Assembly (NCBI GenBank): GCA_045593265.1
Contig: JAZNWH010000105.1
Coordinates: 19,216 to 83,215 of the forward strand
Length of the DNA: 64,000 nucleotides
Origin: Clostridia bacterium
GTDB lineage: Bacteria; Bacillota; Clostridia; RGIG6154
Reading direction: 5' to 3'
Translations under genes and position numbers: made by a program
The notes under the pieces: model-generated
Told to the model about the DNA's origin: nothing
Seen by the model: only the letters and a program-made list of their open reading frames with translations
The model's database searches: none
In this document: positions 41,593 through 51,004 of the stretch, piece by piece
How positions within the stretch are numbered: position 1 is the first letter of the stretch
How the letters are laid out: each line of letters begins with the position of its first letter

Positions 41593-43482
41593 TTAAAACA
41601 ATCCTTTTTTCAAAGCAACACCAAAGCCAAGACCCATAAGAATTTCAGCTACAGTCCATCCGCTTTCTATACAGCATGGCCCCCAACCCACATCGTGAGG
41701 CATACCATATATTTCCATACGCTTAAGGTCAAGGCATCTTGCCCATGCACCATCATTTTTTTTATCATCGCTTACAATTTGTGCATCTGACATAAACTTA
41801 GCTATATCTTCCCATTTTTTCAGGAAGATTACATCATTGGTTACATAATAAGCATAAGAAAACCCTAAAGGCAACCAATTAAGAGAATACAGCATCTCAG
41901 CTATTTCATTTCCATTATCTGCAAGCATAGAAGATTCTGTGCCTGCTGTTCTGCTTCTATATGCTGTATAGCCAGGGTCAACTTCGGTATATCCACCGGT
42001 TTTATGGCGATAGATTTCAAGACGCTGACAAACATCATAGAGCCATTGTTTATGTTCTTCACTTCCTGTAACCTGATAAAGGCACGCAAGTGGAAAAATG
42101 AGTCTGCACAATTCTTCCGTTTCGCTTATTGCACGCATAGTTTCGGGATATACTCCCATAATGGTTGACAAGCCTTTTACAGCCGTTTCCTTGTATATTT
42201 CCTTGTGGTTGAGCTGATATGCAAGAAGAAGTGCAGCGCTGTAGTAGGCATTACGATGTGCACAGTACTGATTTGAAGGTTTTGATGTCATTTCCTTTAT
42301 TTTTTCATCAGTAAGATAGCTTGTATGAACACCATGTTCCATAAGTCCGTCAGTACCCGTTATACTGATAAGAAAATCAAGAGCTGCTTCAACCTGAGGC
42401 AACAGACTCATATCTTTGGTATACATCATATAAAATAAAGTACTGATAACAGCTCTTCCTGTATCATCTCCGTATACGGTACACCACGCACCTTCTGTCC
42501 ATCTGAGCATTCCTGAAAATTTCCCTGTTTTAATCTGCATTTTATCAAAAATGAAACTCGAAAGATTCTTGTAAACAGCAAGGGATTCTTTGTTATTCGA
42601 CAGAATATAATCAAAAAGATATGCACCTGCTATCTCCCCTACACAATCAACACGAACATTGTTTCTTTCAGCCTGAACACCATCAGGAGTAATTGGATGA
42701 GCCATACCCTCTCTTGCACCATCTTTTCCGTTGTCAAGAAGAATGTTGCATCCATCAAACCATGCCATTCCTCTGTCAAAAGTGCCCTGTGCATCACAGT
42801 TACTGCCAAGAGTATAGTATGGAGCGGGCATCTGTATTTGCTCTACTCCTAAATGATTAAGAATAATTTCAAGAATTCCACACCAGGATTCAAAAGGAGC
42901 AAATCTTGCTTTTACAAAGTTTGAAATACGAAATGAACATACAAGTCTGTTTTCGTTATAATACCAGAGTCGCCAGTCTCTTGTTGCAATCTCATCAGTT
43001 TTTATTTTTGACGCATCTATGTGGTCGTGGCTGACAATATGCCCACCATTATAGAGTATTGGATATGCATTATCAGGTAAAAAAATATGGTTGCACCCTC
43101 TATTTGCCTGGCTGTCAAGCAAATCACCAAATGTCAAGCTTTCGGTATCGCTTCCGATATATACATATCTGTTCATAGTATCACTCATAGAATCTCTGCC
43201 ATCATTGTAATCATCACCATCGGTATAAGTATATCCAAGGCTTGCACACCATTCGTAGAATATCGGCTTACCACTTTCAGCGAACTCCTCCGTTTTAACA
43301 CGAAGTGATGCACTAAGCACACGTGGTCTTGTATTCTCTGTTCCACAAAGCAAAGCTATAGCCGAATAGACAGATAAATCTTTGAGTTCAGCTTCCTTGA
43401 ACGAGAGCATTTCACATTTTCCTGAGTTCATTAAAATATTGCTTAAATCACTTTTGTTATCACTTATAATCAATATAGACAT
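41593..43482 (-). CDS. uncharacterised 629-aa cytoplasmic protein (N-terminal ~220-aa domain + probable alpha/alpha-toroid-like C-terminal domain)
   Basis: No signal peptide, TM or recognisable catalytic motif. First gene of the MurNAc operon, divergent from murR. Contains a GWGPCCIESGW segment. Confidence 0.6.
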   Translation of the reverse strand: MSILIISDNKSDLSNILMNSGKCEMLSFKEAELKDLSVYSAIALLCGTENTRPRVLSASLRVKTEEFAESGKPIFYEWCASLGYTYTDGDDYNDGRDSMSDTMNRYVYIGSDTESLTFGDLLDSQANRGCNHIFLPDNAYPILYNGGHIVSHDHIDASKIKTDEIATRDWRLWYYNENRLVCSFRISNFVKARFAPFESWCGILEIILNHLGVEQIQMPAPYYTLGSNCDAQGTFDRGMAWFDGCNILLDNGKDGAREGMAHPITPDGVQAERNNVRVDCVGEIAGAYLFDYILSNNKESLAVYKNLSSFIFDKMQIKTGKFSGMLRWTEGAWCTVYGDDTGRAVISTLFYMMYTKDMSLLPQVEAALDFLISITGTDGLMEHGVHTSYLTDEKIKEMTSKPSNQYCAHRNAYYSAALLLAYQLNHKEIYKETAVKGLSTIMGVYPETMRAISETEELCRLIFPLACLYQVTGSEEHKQWLYDVCQRLEIYRHKTGGYTEVDPGYTAYRSRTAGTESSMLADNGNEIAEMLYSLNWLPLGFSYAYYVTNDVIFLKKWEDIAKFMSDAQIVSDDKKNDGAWARCLDLKRMEIYGMPHDVGWGPCCIESGWTVAEILMGLGFGVALKKGLF

Positions 43483-43503
43483 ATGTAATCCTCCTTGTGA
43501 TTA

Positions 43504-43535
43504 ATTGTTACATTAATATATTTTTATGTAACAAT
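43504..43535. promoter_or_regulatory. candidate MurR (RpiR) operator: perfect inverted repeat in divergent promoter region
   Basis: ATTGTTACAT-N12-ATGTAACAAT between the divergent 629-aa operon and murR. Confidence 0.45.
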
Positions 43536-43665
43536 TATACATTTATATATTGTAAATGTCAATACTTTTTGATAAAAGTATTGCAAAAATAATAAAAACA
43601 TTGTAGAATTAAAGAAACAATGTTACAAAAAATATTATTTCTGAACAGAAAGGTTTTATTTTACT

Positions 43666-44508
43666 ATGAGGAAAGATCTTGTCCAATTTATCACAGAAAA
43701 ATATACATCTATGACAAATAGTGAAAAAACTATAGCAGATTATATAATCAACAATCTCGAACACGTGCTTACCATAAGTGTGCAGGCACTGTCTGCAGAA
43801 CTAAACATCAGTGTCGCAACAATTGTTCGTTTTGCTCAACATTTAGGCTTTGACGGATATAAAGAATTCAGGCTGTGTCTTGCACAACTTGGTAATGAAC
43901 ACGAAGATTTTATTTTAGATTTTCACAAAAACGAAAACTCCCCCGATGCACAGATTTCAAAAATGCTTATATCCTGTTCAGAATGTTTAAACCTTACACG
44001 TCAAAATATAGATTATGATACTTTAACTGATATTGTCCAGGCAATTCACAGTGCTGAAAAAATAGCCTTCTTCGGTGTCGGAACTTCATATATAGTTTGT
44101 CAGGATGCATCCGTTAAATTCAAACGAATAGGAATTAATGCAGAATGTGCCTGTGAATCAACATCGGCATCACTCATTTTACTAAACATGAAAAAAGGTG
44201 ATGTGGTTTTTGGTATTTCTCATTCGGGAAACAACGAAACTGTAGAGAAAATATTAAAAATGGCACAAAAGATGGGACTGACAACAATTGCAGTAACAAC
44301 TTTCAGCAACACTAATATTTGCAAAACAGCAGATTACACGTTATTTACACAAACAAGAGAAAGTCCTTTGCACAAAATTGCCATCACATCCCGTGTAAGT
44401 CAATTCGCTATGATGGATTCTCTGTTTATGGCATATCTTACAATCAATTATGACCAGTGTATCAGTAACATCGAAAAAACTCATGAAATAAGTGAAGGTT
44501 TAAAATAG
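43666..44508 (+). CDS. murR: RpiR family transcriptional regulator (MurR-like; HTH_6 + SIS)
   Basis: 280 aa. Confidence 0.8.
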   Translation: MRKDLVQFITEKYTSMTNSEKTIADYIINNLEHVLTISVQALSAELNISVATIVRFAQHLGFDGYKEFRLCLAQLGNEHEDFILDFHKNENSPDAQISKMLISCSECLNLTRQNIDYDTLTDIVQAIHSAEKIAFFGVGTSYIVCQDASVKFKRIGINAECACESTSASLILLNMKKGDVVFGISHSGNNETVEKILKMAQKMGLTTIAVTTFSNTNICKTADYTLFTQTRESPLHKIAITSRVSQFAMMDSLFMAYLTINYDQCISNIEKTHEISEGLK

Positions 44509-44524
44509 AATATGCTTTAACTTA

Positions 44525-44560
44525 AAACTGCCCGGCTGAGTTTCAGCCGGGCAGTTTTTA
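44525..44560. terminator. bidirectional terminator between murR and the MATE gene
   Basis: AAAACTGCCCGGCTGA-gtttc-AGCCGGGCAGTTTTT. Confidence 0.7.
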
Positions 44561-45940
44561 ATTTTTATAAGAATTTTGTTCAAGCTTTATATATTGGTCA
44601 GATTTCCACTTGCCTGTAAGGAAAATAACTGTTGCAAATATCAATTCAGTAATATACGCACCGCTAAGTGCTATATGCACCCCATAAATTCGAATTTCGT
44701 AAGGCAATACAGCAAACATAATATAAGCATATACAACATAAGAAATTGCATAAATCAAAGTTGAAATAAACATAAGTGTTCCTGAACCGACCGCCCTGAA
44801 AATTCCGTGGAAAAGGTTATTGAATACATTGAAAAGTATGAAAGGAAATAAAATTCTTATCGTATTAACACTCACGGTAAAGCTTTGAGCGTCGTTAACA
44901 GGATCTAAAAACAAGGCAGTAAACTGCTTGGCAAAAATCATAAAGAATGAAAGAGTTACGCCAAAAAATACCAATCCCTGCGTTGTACCGATTTTTATCC
45001 CTGTCTTTATCTTATCAATTTTCCCCGCTCCCATAGCCTGAGCCACAAAGTTTGTATTTGCTTTAGTTGAATTCTGATAAACTGCCAAAATTAAACTTCT
45101 CGCTTTATTTGCTACTGCATAGCCTGAAAGTGCTGCTGTTGCACAGGTGTTGGTAAGAGGCGAAACCAACGCAGTACAAGCATACATTGCCATCTGCTGA
45201 AACATTGATGGGGTTCCATAGTCTACCGACTTTTTAAACATTTCTTTATTGAATTTAATCCCTCTTATTTTTACCCCCATATTTTTAAACAGTTTTATAT
45301 AAATATAAATATAAACAATTGTTGTAACCAATGCTGCAATTACCGTTGCCAGAGCACTATACCCGATTCCTTTGTGGAAAACGGATAAAAACAGATAGTT
45401 CAGTCCCACATTAATAATCCCTGTAATTACTGAGGCTGTAAGTGGAAGTTTGGTAAGCCCCAATCCGTTTGAAATATATGTAAATCCCCAGTTAAACTGA
45501 AAAACTATATATCCTAAAGCGTATGTTCTGAAATATAGCTCGGCATTTTGGTAAACCTCATCATTTACATTCAATATGTCAAAAATCTTGTCGCAAAACA
45601 AATTACATCCAAGTGAAATAATAATTGCAAAAGAAAGTGTAATCAAAAAATTCACTTTAATAACATTTAACATTTTTTCATATTCACTTTTACCAAAGAG
45701 CACCGAAACATATATTCCTATACCTGTAAGATATCCGAAAAAAATTGAATTTAAAAGCTCAATCAACTCAGCAGTAACTGCTGTTGCAGCAAATGCATCA
45801 CTTCCGATAAACTTGCCTATCATCATTGAATTAACAAAACTGTATGATTGTGAAAGAAGTGCAGATAAAATAAGAGGAATTGCGAATAACAAATACTTTT
45901 TGCGCATATTCCCTTCATATAATTTTTCGATTTTCTTCAT
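44558..45940 (-). CDS. MATE/MOP-superfamily transporter
   Basis: 460 aa, 12 TM. Confidence 0.8.
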   Translation of the reverse strand: MKKIEKLYEGNMRKKYLLFAIPLILSALLSQSYSFVNSMMIGKFIGSDAFAATAVTAELIELLNSIFFGYLTGIGIYVSVLFGKSEYEKMLNVIKVNFLITLSFAIIISLGCNLFCDKIFDILNVNDEVYQNAELYFRTYALGYIVFQFNWGFTYISNGLGLTKLPLTASVITGIINVGLNYLFLSVFHKGIGYSALATVIAALVTTIVYIYIYIKLFKNMGVKIRGIKFNKEMFKKSVDYGTPSMFQQMAMYACTALVSPLTNTCATAALSGYAVANKARSLILAVYQNSTKANTNFVAQAMGAGKIDKIKTGIKIGTTQGLVFFGVTLSFFMIFAKQFTALFLDPVNDAQSFTVSVNTIRILFPFILFNVFNNLFHGIFRAVGSGTLMFISTLIYAISYVVYAYIMFAVLPYEIRIYGVHIALSGAYITELIFATVIFLTGKWKSDQYIKLEQNSYKN

Positions 45941-46059
45941 ATATCTGTGTGCTCCTTGACTTTTATATTTAAATTAAGTATAATTTAACAAATAGGAAAA
46001 ATCAATATTTGCGAAAATATTTCAAAATAATCAACAAAAATCACGAAGGAAGCGATTAT

Positions 46060-46806
46060 ATGTATCAACAGGAGAGAATGGACAAAATAATGAAAATACT
46101 AAAGGAAAATCACTATGTAACCGTAGATTTTCTTGTAAGTGAAATAAAATACAGTCCCGCAAGTATAAGAAGGGATTTAACTCTTCTTGAAAAACAAGGA
46201 CTCATTACAAGAAGCTACGGTGGTGTTACATATAAAGATGCCAATATCTCTCCATTCAGATTTCGTCAGCACAGTATGAAATCCGCAAAAAACGCAATCG
46301 CTCAAAAAGCTGCAACCCTCGTTAAAAATGGTGATTTTGTTTTTATTGATGGTTCATCAACCACTCAATATATGGGACACTTTCTGACGGACAAGAAAGG
46401 TATAACCGTACTTACCTGTAATATGCTTCTTGCGGATTTTTTAAGCGAGCATGGCATAAACACTTATTGTACAGGTGGACAAATTGTGGAATACCCCGGA
46501 ATTTTAGGCGGCAGCTATATGCTGGATACATTGTCAAAATTCAACATAGATATAGCTTTCTTTTCCTCCACCGCATTTAGTTCCAAAGGGCAAATTATAT
46601 CTCTTGGTGAAAGCGGTTTGCTTAATCATCAATCATTAAGGAAGAATTCAAAGAAACTTGCATACCTCTGCGGAAGTGATAAATTTGATACTAACGGAAA
46701 ATTTGTAAGTCTTACATTAAACGATATTGATTACTTTATAAGTGATAAAAATCTTCCCGAAAGTCTGAAACAAAATTACAAAACCACATTTATATGTACG
46801 AAATAG
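46060..46806 (+). CDS. DeoR/GlpR family transcriptional regulator
   Basis: Start at MYQQERMDKIMKIL after a GAAGGAAG RBS. HTH plus DeoR C-terminal sugar-binding domain. Confidence 0.8.
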   Translation: MYQQERMDKIMKILKENHYVTVDFLVSEIKYSPASIRRDLTLLEKQGLITRSYGGVTYKDANISPFRFRQHSMKSAKNAIAQKAATLVKNGDFVFIDGSSTTQYMGHFLTDKKGITVLTCNMLLADFLSEHGINTYCTGGQIVEYPGILGGSYMLDTLSKFNIDIAFFSSTAFSSKGQIISLGESGLLNHQSLRKNSKKLAYLCGSDKFDTNGKFVSLTLNDIDYFISDKNLPESLKQNYKTTFICTK

Positions 46807-46825
46807 ATACTATTTAAATATAAAG

Positions 46826-46857
46826 AATGCTCGCCTACTATTTGATAGACGAGCATT
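46826..46857. terminator. stem-loop after the DeoR gene / spoIVB remnant
   Basis: AATGCTCG-16 nt-CGAGCATT. Confidence 0.4.
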
Positions 46858-46861
46858 TAAT

Positions 46862-46998
46862 TTATTTGATTTTCTCTTCTTCTGCCAGCATATTCTCGAT
46901 GAATATCCCGTATCCTCTCGTTGGGTCATTCACAAAAACGTGTGTTACAGCGCCGACAAGTTTCCCATTCTGAATCACTGGAGACCCAGACACAAGTG
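46862..46998 (-). pseudogene. truncated 3' remnant (~44 codons) of a spoIVB-like S55 peptidase gene
   Basis: Minus-strand translation ...[43 protein letters not shown]. Intact gene at 51005-51135 encodes ...[44 protein letters not shown]. Nucleotide identity is about 80%, with mainly synonymous differences. Confidence 0.65.
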
Positions 46999-47001
46999 AT
47001 G

Positions 47002-47871
47002 TCAATATGGGACAACAATATTTTTTGCCACTTTGATTTCTTCATCTGTTGGTAAGGTCTGTGGCAGCGTATTTTTCATATTTAACGCAGCATATTTTGA
47101 GCCAGCATAATTATGATACGGCAAAACTTTTACCCTTGTTATATTTTGAAGCTGTTTTAAAGATTCTGCAATTTTTTCAATTTGGTCAGAATTATATTCA
47201 GGTACATATGGTATACGAATTTCTGTTTCTTTGCCCAAAGAATCGATATATTTAAGATTATCCAATATAATTTTATTGCTTTGTCCTGTGCATTTAACAT
47301 GCACATTCTCATCAATTGCCTTAATATCATATAAAAATGTATCGGTGTAAGGCAAAACCTTATCAATACTTTCTTTTGGTACATATCCACAGGTATCAAC
47401 TGCTGTATTTATACCTTCTTTTTTTAACATATGTAAAAGCTCTGCACAAAAATCTGCCTGCATAAGACATTCTCCGCCCGAAAGTGTTACTCCGCCGCCG
47501 CTTGTTTCATAAAAGTCCTTATCTTCAAGTAATATCGGCAAAAGTTCATCTACTGTCATTTCCTTGCCGTAAAATTTCAGTGCTTCGCCAAGACAAGCCT
47601 TTTCACATTTTCCGCAAGCAACACATAAATCTCTTTCAAAAATATGACCTTCTCGTGTGATTTTGTGTGCACCTGATGGGCATACAAAAACGCATTCGCC
47701 GCAACTGATGCACTTGTTTTCGTAATATGCAAGCTGAGGCTTAAAATCAATGCTTTCGGGATTGTGGCACCACACACATTTTAGTGGACAGCCTTTGAAA
47801 AATACCGTTGTTCTTATTCCGTCACCATCGTGTACAGCAAAATGTTTTATATCAGAAATTAATGCTTTCAT
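47002..47871 (-). CDS. glycyl-radical enzyme activating protein (radical SAM, with two ferredoxin-like 4Fe-4S motifs)
   Basis: 289 aa. Radical [11 protein letters not shown], then [12 protein letters not shown] and [11 protein letters not shown]. Overlaps the GRE by 4 nt. Confidence 0.85.
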   Translation of the reverse strand: MKALISDIKHFAVHDGDGIRTTVFFKGCPLKCVWCHNPESIDFKPQLAYYENKCISCGECVFVCPSGAHKITREGHIFERDLCVACGKCEKACLGEALKFYGKEMTVDELLPILLEDKDFYETSGGGVTLSGGECLMQADFCAELLHMLKKEGINTAVDTCGYVPKESIDKVLPYTDTFLYDIKAIDENVHVKCTGQSNKIILDNLKYIDSLGKETEIRIPYVPEYNSDQIEKIAESLKQLQNITRVKVLPYHNYAGSKYAALNMKNTLPQTLPTDEEIKVAKNIVVPY

Positions 47872-50105
47872 TTAGCATTCTCCGCTCTTAAAATATATGC
47901 ATCCTGCTCTTTTTTGCTCATATTATTCCAAAGAGTATTCCAACCACAAACTCTAACCTGCAGATTTTGATATTTTTCCGGATTTTTTTGTGCATCACGC
48001 AGAGTGTCTGTATTAAAAATATTGAACTGAATTGACTGACCGCCTTTGTTAAGATAGGTCATAAGAACACCTTTTAGCACATTTAATCCATCCTCGCCTT
48101 CAACTGCACTCGGGTGAAGCATAACATCAACACAAAACGATTCGTGATAATCAGACGGAATGAGCTTAGTCGCAGACTCAACCAAAGCCGTAACACCTTT
48201 TTTATCCATACTGACAACGGGAGAAGCATTTTTAGACAGTTCTTCTCCTTTTAATCTTCCATCCGGCAAAGCTCCGGTTTTTTCTCCCTGGTTTATAAAA
48301 GCACGGGCAGTGTGGAATATCGCTTTATACACACCGCCTCTGCCATTAGGTACATTATTCACCTTATTTGCAAAATAGCTTGCCATAGCTGATGCGTAAG
48401 TATCTGCCACAGCATCGTTGTTACCATATTTATGTGGCGATTTTTTTATTTGAATCTGTAATTTTTCGTAACCCTTCCAGTTAACTTCCAAAACCTTTGC
48501 AAGCTCAGACAGCGTTATTTCTTTTTTATCAAAAACAAATTCTTTTACCGCCATAATGCTGTCAACCGCACTGGCAAAACCGCAGTTAAGCATCGCATTG
48601 TTATTGAACTTAACACCACCGCCGTATCCGTCTCTGCCGTTTTTCAAAGAAGTTTCAATTGTCGCAGAATACATAGATGACGGATTTACAAATGCAAGAA
48701 AACGTTCTGCATCATTTGTGATTTTCATACTTTGCTCAATGAGATATTCCCATTGTTTTAAAAAGGCAAAATAGAAATCTTCAAATGTTTTGATTTCTGA
48801 AATCTCACCTGTTTTTACACCAACCTGTTTTTTAATCCCATAATCATACCCATTAGTAAACACAAACTCCACGGCTTTTGCCACATTTACATATCCCGAA
48901 GATGAACAAACCTCATTTGCCCTGACTCCTGTTTCATAACATCCTCTGATATCATAGTTAATCGCTTCTTCATAAGTAGCTCCATAACCCATTATAGCTT
49001 TTATCATAGCAGGCTCACAACAAAATACAATGCTGGCATTTTTTCGGCGAACCATATCAAAAGCTTTATTTAAGATTTTATCAGGTGTATTTTTATTTAT
49101 CTTCAACTGTATTTTAGGGTTATAGATTTCAAGCTCATCATATACATCAAGAATTTCGTATGAAAGTTCGTTGTACTTCGTGTTGCTGTTTAAATCGGTG
49201 CCACCCATATAAAACGGTTGCCCCCAATAGTTGCCTATGGCAGACCACTGCATAAAAAAGTAAGATAAATAATTTCTTATATCCTCTTTTGTGCATTTCC
49301 CCGACTCCAGATCATTTTTATAAAATCCGTACAACGTATTATCAAGACCGTTGCCTAGAGAACGAACCTGATAACTGTCTATTGATTCAGATATTATAAA
49401 AAATATATAAATAAACTGTAATGCCTCATAAAAACAAGTTGGATGTCCATCACGAAGATTTTTTAAACACTCAGCTATTTGAGGTGCCTTTTCAAAGGTT
49501 AATTCGCAAGCAGTACGATACATTCTGTCAATTAAATCAATAATTGCTGTGTATTGAATTTCAATGCCATCGAAAAATGCTTCTGTTTCTTTAGTCATAG
49601 TTTTGTTCTCACTGTGCATTTTACGGTATTCTCTTGCTCTTTCACGAATGCCAACAAACCCTAATTCCATTAAAGATTTCCAGTCAGGAACAACATGATC
49701 ATAGTCTGTACGTAGTGTTACTGCACCTGAATTGTTAAAATCATTGGAGCACTCCATAGTCTCGGGATTTCTTAAGGTGTGTGATTCTTTTTCCCATTTT
49801 TTGAAGGTGCTTTCGTTAGCTAAACGATTCAGCGAATAAAGACCTACAAAATAATCGTGCTCATTTATATACAAACGTTGATTTTCAAGAACATATTTAA
49901 TGGCTTTTGCTCTTACAATCGGGTGAGGTAAATTTTCGTTCTCCTTCGAAAGCTGTTCAAGTCCTTTTAACAGTTCCTCATCAACTATCCCACTTTCCTC
50001 TATATAGCCTGTTCCGTGATATGCCATACGGCTAAATGCATCAAATTCTTTTTCGGGATCGTGATATTTTCGTTCAATAAAATATCTGTCTGCAGAATTA
50101 ATCAT
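47868..50105 (-). CDS. glycyl radical enzyme, PFL2/glycerol-dehydratase-like clade, substrate unknown
   Basis: 745 aa from MINSADRY; RBS AGGTGGAG. The ORF could extend to 50129. C-terminal glycyl motif LQVRVCGWNT. Cys loop IRGCYETG sits 332 residues upstream of the radical Gly. Confidence 0.85.
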   Translation of the reverse strand: MINSADRYFIERKYHDPEKEFDAFSRMAYHGTGYIEESGIVDEELLKGLEQLSKENENLPHPIVRAKAIKYVLENQRLYINEHDYFVGLYSLNRLANESTFKKWEKESHTLRNPETMECSNDFNNSGAVTLRTDYDHVVPDWKSLMELGFVGIRERAREYRKMHSENKTMTKETEAFFDGIEIQYTAIIDLIDRMYRTACELTFEKAPQIAECLKNLRDGHPTCFYEALQFIYIFFIISESIDSYQVRSLGNGLDNTLYGFYKNDLESGKCTKEDIRNYLSYFFMQWSAIGNYWGQPFYMGGTDLNSNTKYNELSYEILDVYDELEIYNPKIQLKINKNTPDKILNKAFDMVRRKNASIVFCCEPAMIKAIMGYGATYEEAINYDIRGCYETGVRANEVCSSSGYVNVAKAVEFVFTNGYDYGIKKQVGVKTGEISEIKTFEDFYFAFLKQWEYLIEQSMKITNDAERFLAFVNPSSMYSATIETSLKNGRDGYGGGVKFNNNAMLNCGFASAVDSIMAVKEFVFDKKEITLSELAKVLEVNWKGYEKLQIQIKKSPHKYGNNDAVADTYASAMASYFANKVNNVPNGRGGVYKAIFHTARAFINQGEKTGALPDGRLKGEELSKNASPVVSMDKKGVTALVESATKLIPSDYHESFCVDVMLHPSAVEGEDGLNVLKGVLMTYLNKGGQSIQFNIFNTDTLRDAQKNPEKYQNLQVRVCGWNTLWNNMSKKEQDAYILRAENAK

Positions 50106-50217
50106 ATAATCTCCACCTTTCAAACGCATTTTAGCATAAAAAGAAATTTAATACAATGAATTAAAAGAAACATTTGACTTTTTAGAAACAAAATTATATA
50201 ATAAATACGGTGATTAT

Positions 50218-50988
50218 ATGATTAATTTTATGAAACATGATTTTATTATTGATAAAATTGAGCTTGCATGTATAGTAAAAGCCGGAAAAGGTTCAATGAT
50301 TCACAAAAACAGAGCAAGCAATGGATTGGCTCTGTTTTTAGGTGGCGAAAGAACTTTCTGCTTTGATGAGAAAAAGTTTAAGGTTACCAAAAACACAATC
50401 GTGTATTTTCCAAAAGGCTCAAACTACGTGATTAAAGAAAGAGAAGCTTCTGATTGCTATGCAATTAACTTTCAAATGCCTGATAACGTATTTTTTGAGC
50501 CGTTTGCATTTAAAATAAAAAATCTTAACACATATTTAGAAAACTTCAAAAACAGTCAGAAAATATGGGATAAAAAATCTACGGGGTATTTTTCGAAAGT
50601 TAAATCTGAGCTTTACAGCATAATTTACAATATGCAGTCAGAATATCTTATTCCGTACGGTAATTCATCTGTAATTAAGCCAGCTATTGATTATATACAC
50701 TCGAATTATTATAAAGAGAACATAAGTGTTGTGCATCTGGCATCACTCTGCGATATCAGCGTTGTGCATTTAAGAAACTGCTTTATTAAAAATTTCGCCC
50801 TATCGCCTGTTAAATATATAAATTTTCTTAAGCTAACTCGTGCAAAAGAGTTGCTTGAGTCAGGAATGTATACTGTTGGTGATGCTTGCTTCTTATCCGG
50901 CTATAATGACGAAAGCTATTTTTCCCGTGAATTTAAAAAGTCTTTTAAAAAATCACCAAAAGAATATGCAAAAGCATCCCGTAAATAG
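50218..50988 (+). CDS. AraC family transcriptional regulator (cupin-like sensor + HTH), divergent from GRE
   Basis: 256 aa with a C-terminal AraC HTH. Confidence 0.8.
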   Translation: MINFMKHDFIIDKIELACIVKAGKGSMIHKNRASNGLALFLGGERTFCFDEKKFKVTKNTIVYFPKGSNYVIKEREASDCYAINFQMPDNVFFEPFAFKIKNLNTYLENFKNSQKIWDKKSTGYFSKVKSELYSIIYNMQSEYLIPYGNSSVIKPAIDYIHSNYYKENISVVHLASLCDISVVHLRNCFIKNFALSPVKYINFLKLTRAKELLESGMYTVGDACFLSGYNDESYFSREFKKSFKKSPKEYAKASRK

Positions 50989-51004
50989 CAGGATGCTTTT
51001 TCTG

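Noticed and set aside
41593-43482. GH127/DUF1680 (Cys-nucleophile beta-L-arabinofuranosidase-like) assignment for the 629-aa protein, based on the CC pair
   Set aside because: The domain order is wrong, since GH127's catalytic barrel is N-terminal. The expected E-x-C about 78 residues upstream of the CC is also absent.
48995-49012. FCCEP (Cys370-Cys371) as the GRE catalytic cysteine, a PFL-like CC dyad
   Set aside because: Its spacing to the radical glycine is 359 aa, against 330-332 in known PFL2 enzymes. The downstream G-C-x-E (Cys397) has the canonical 332-aa spacing, so that is the thiyl site. FCCEP corresponds to the conserved N/PSxxF..D region instead.
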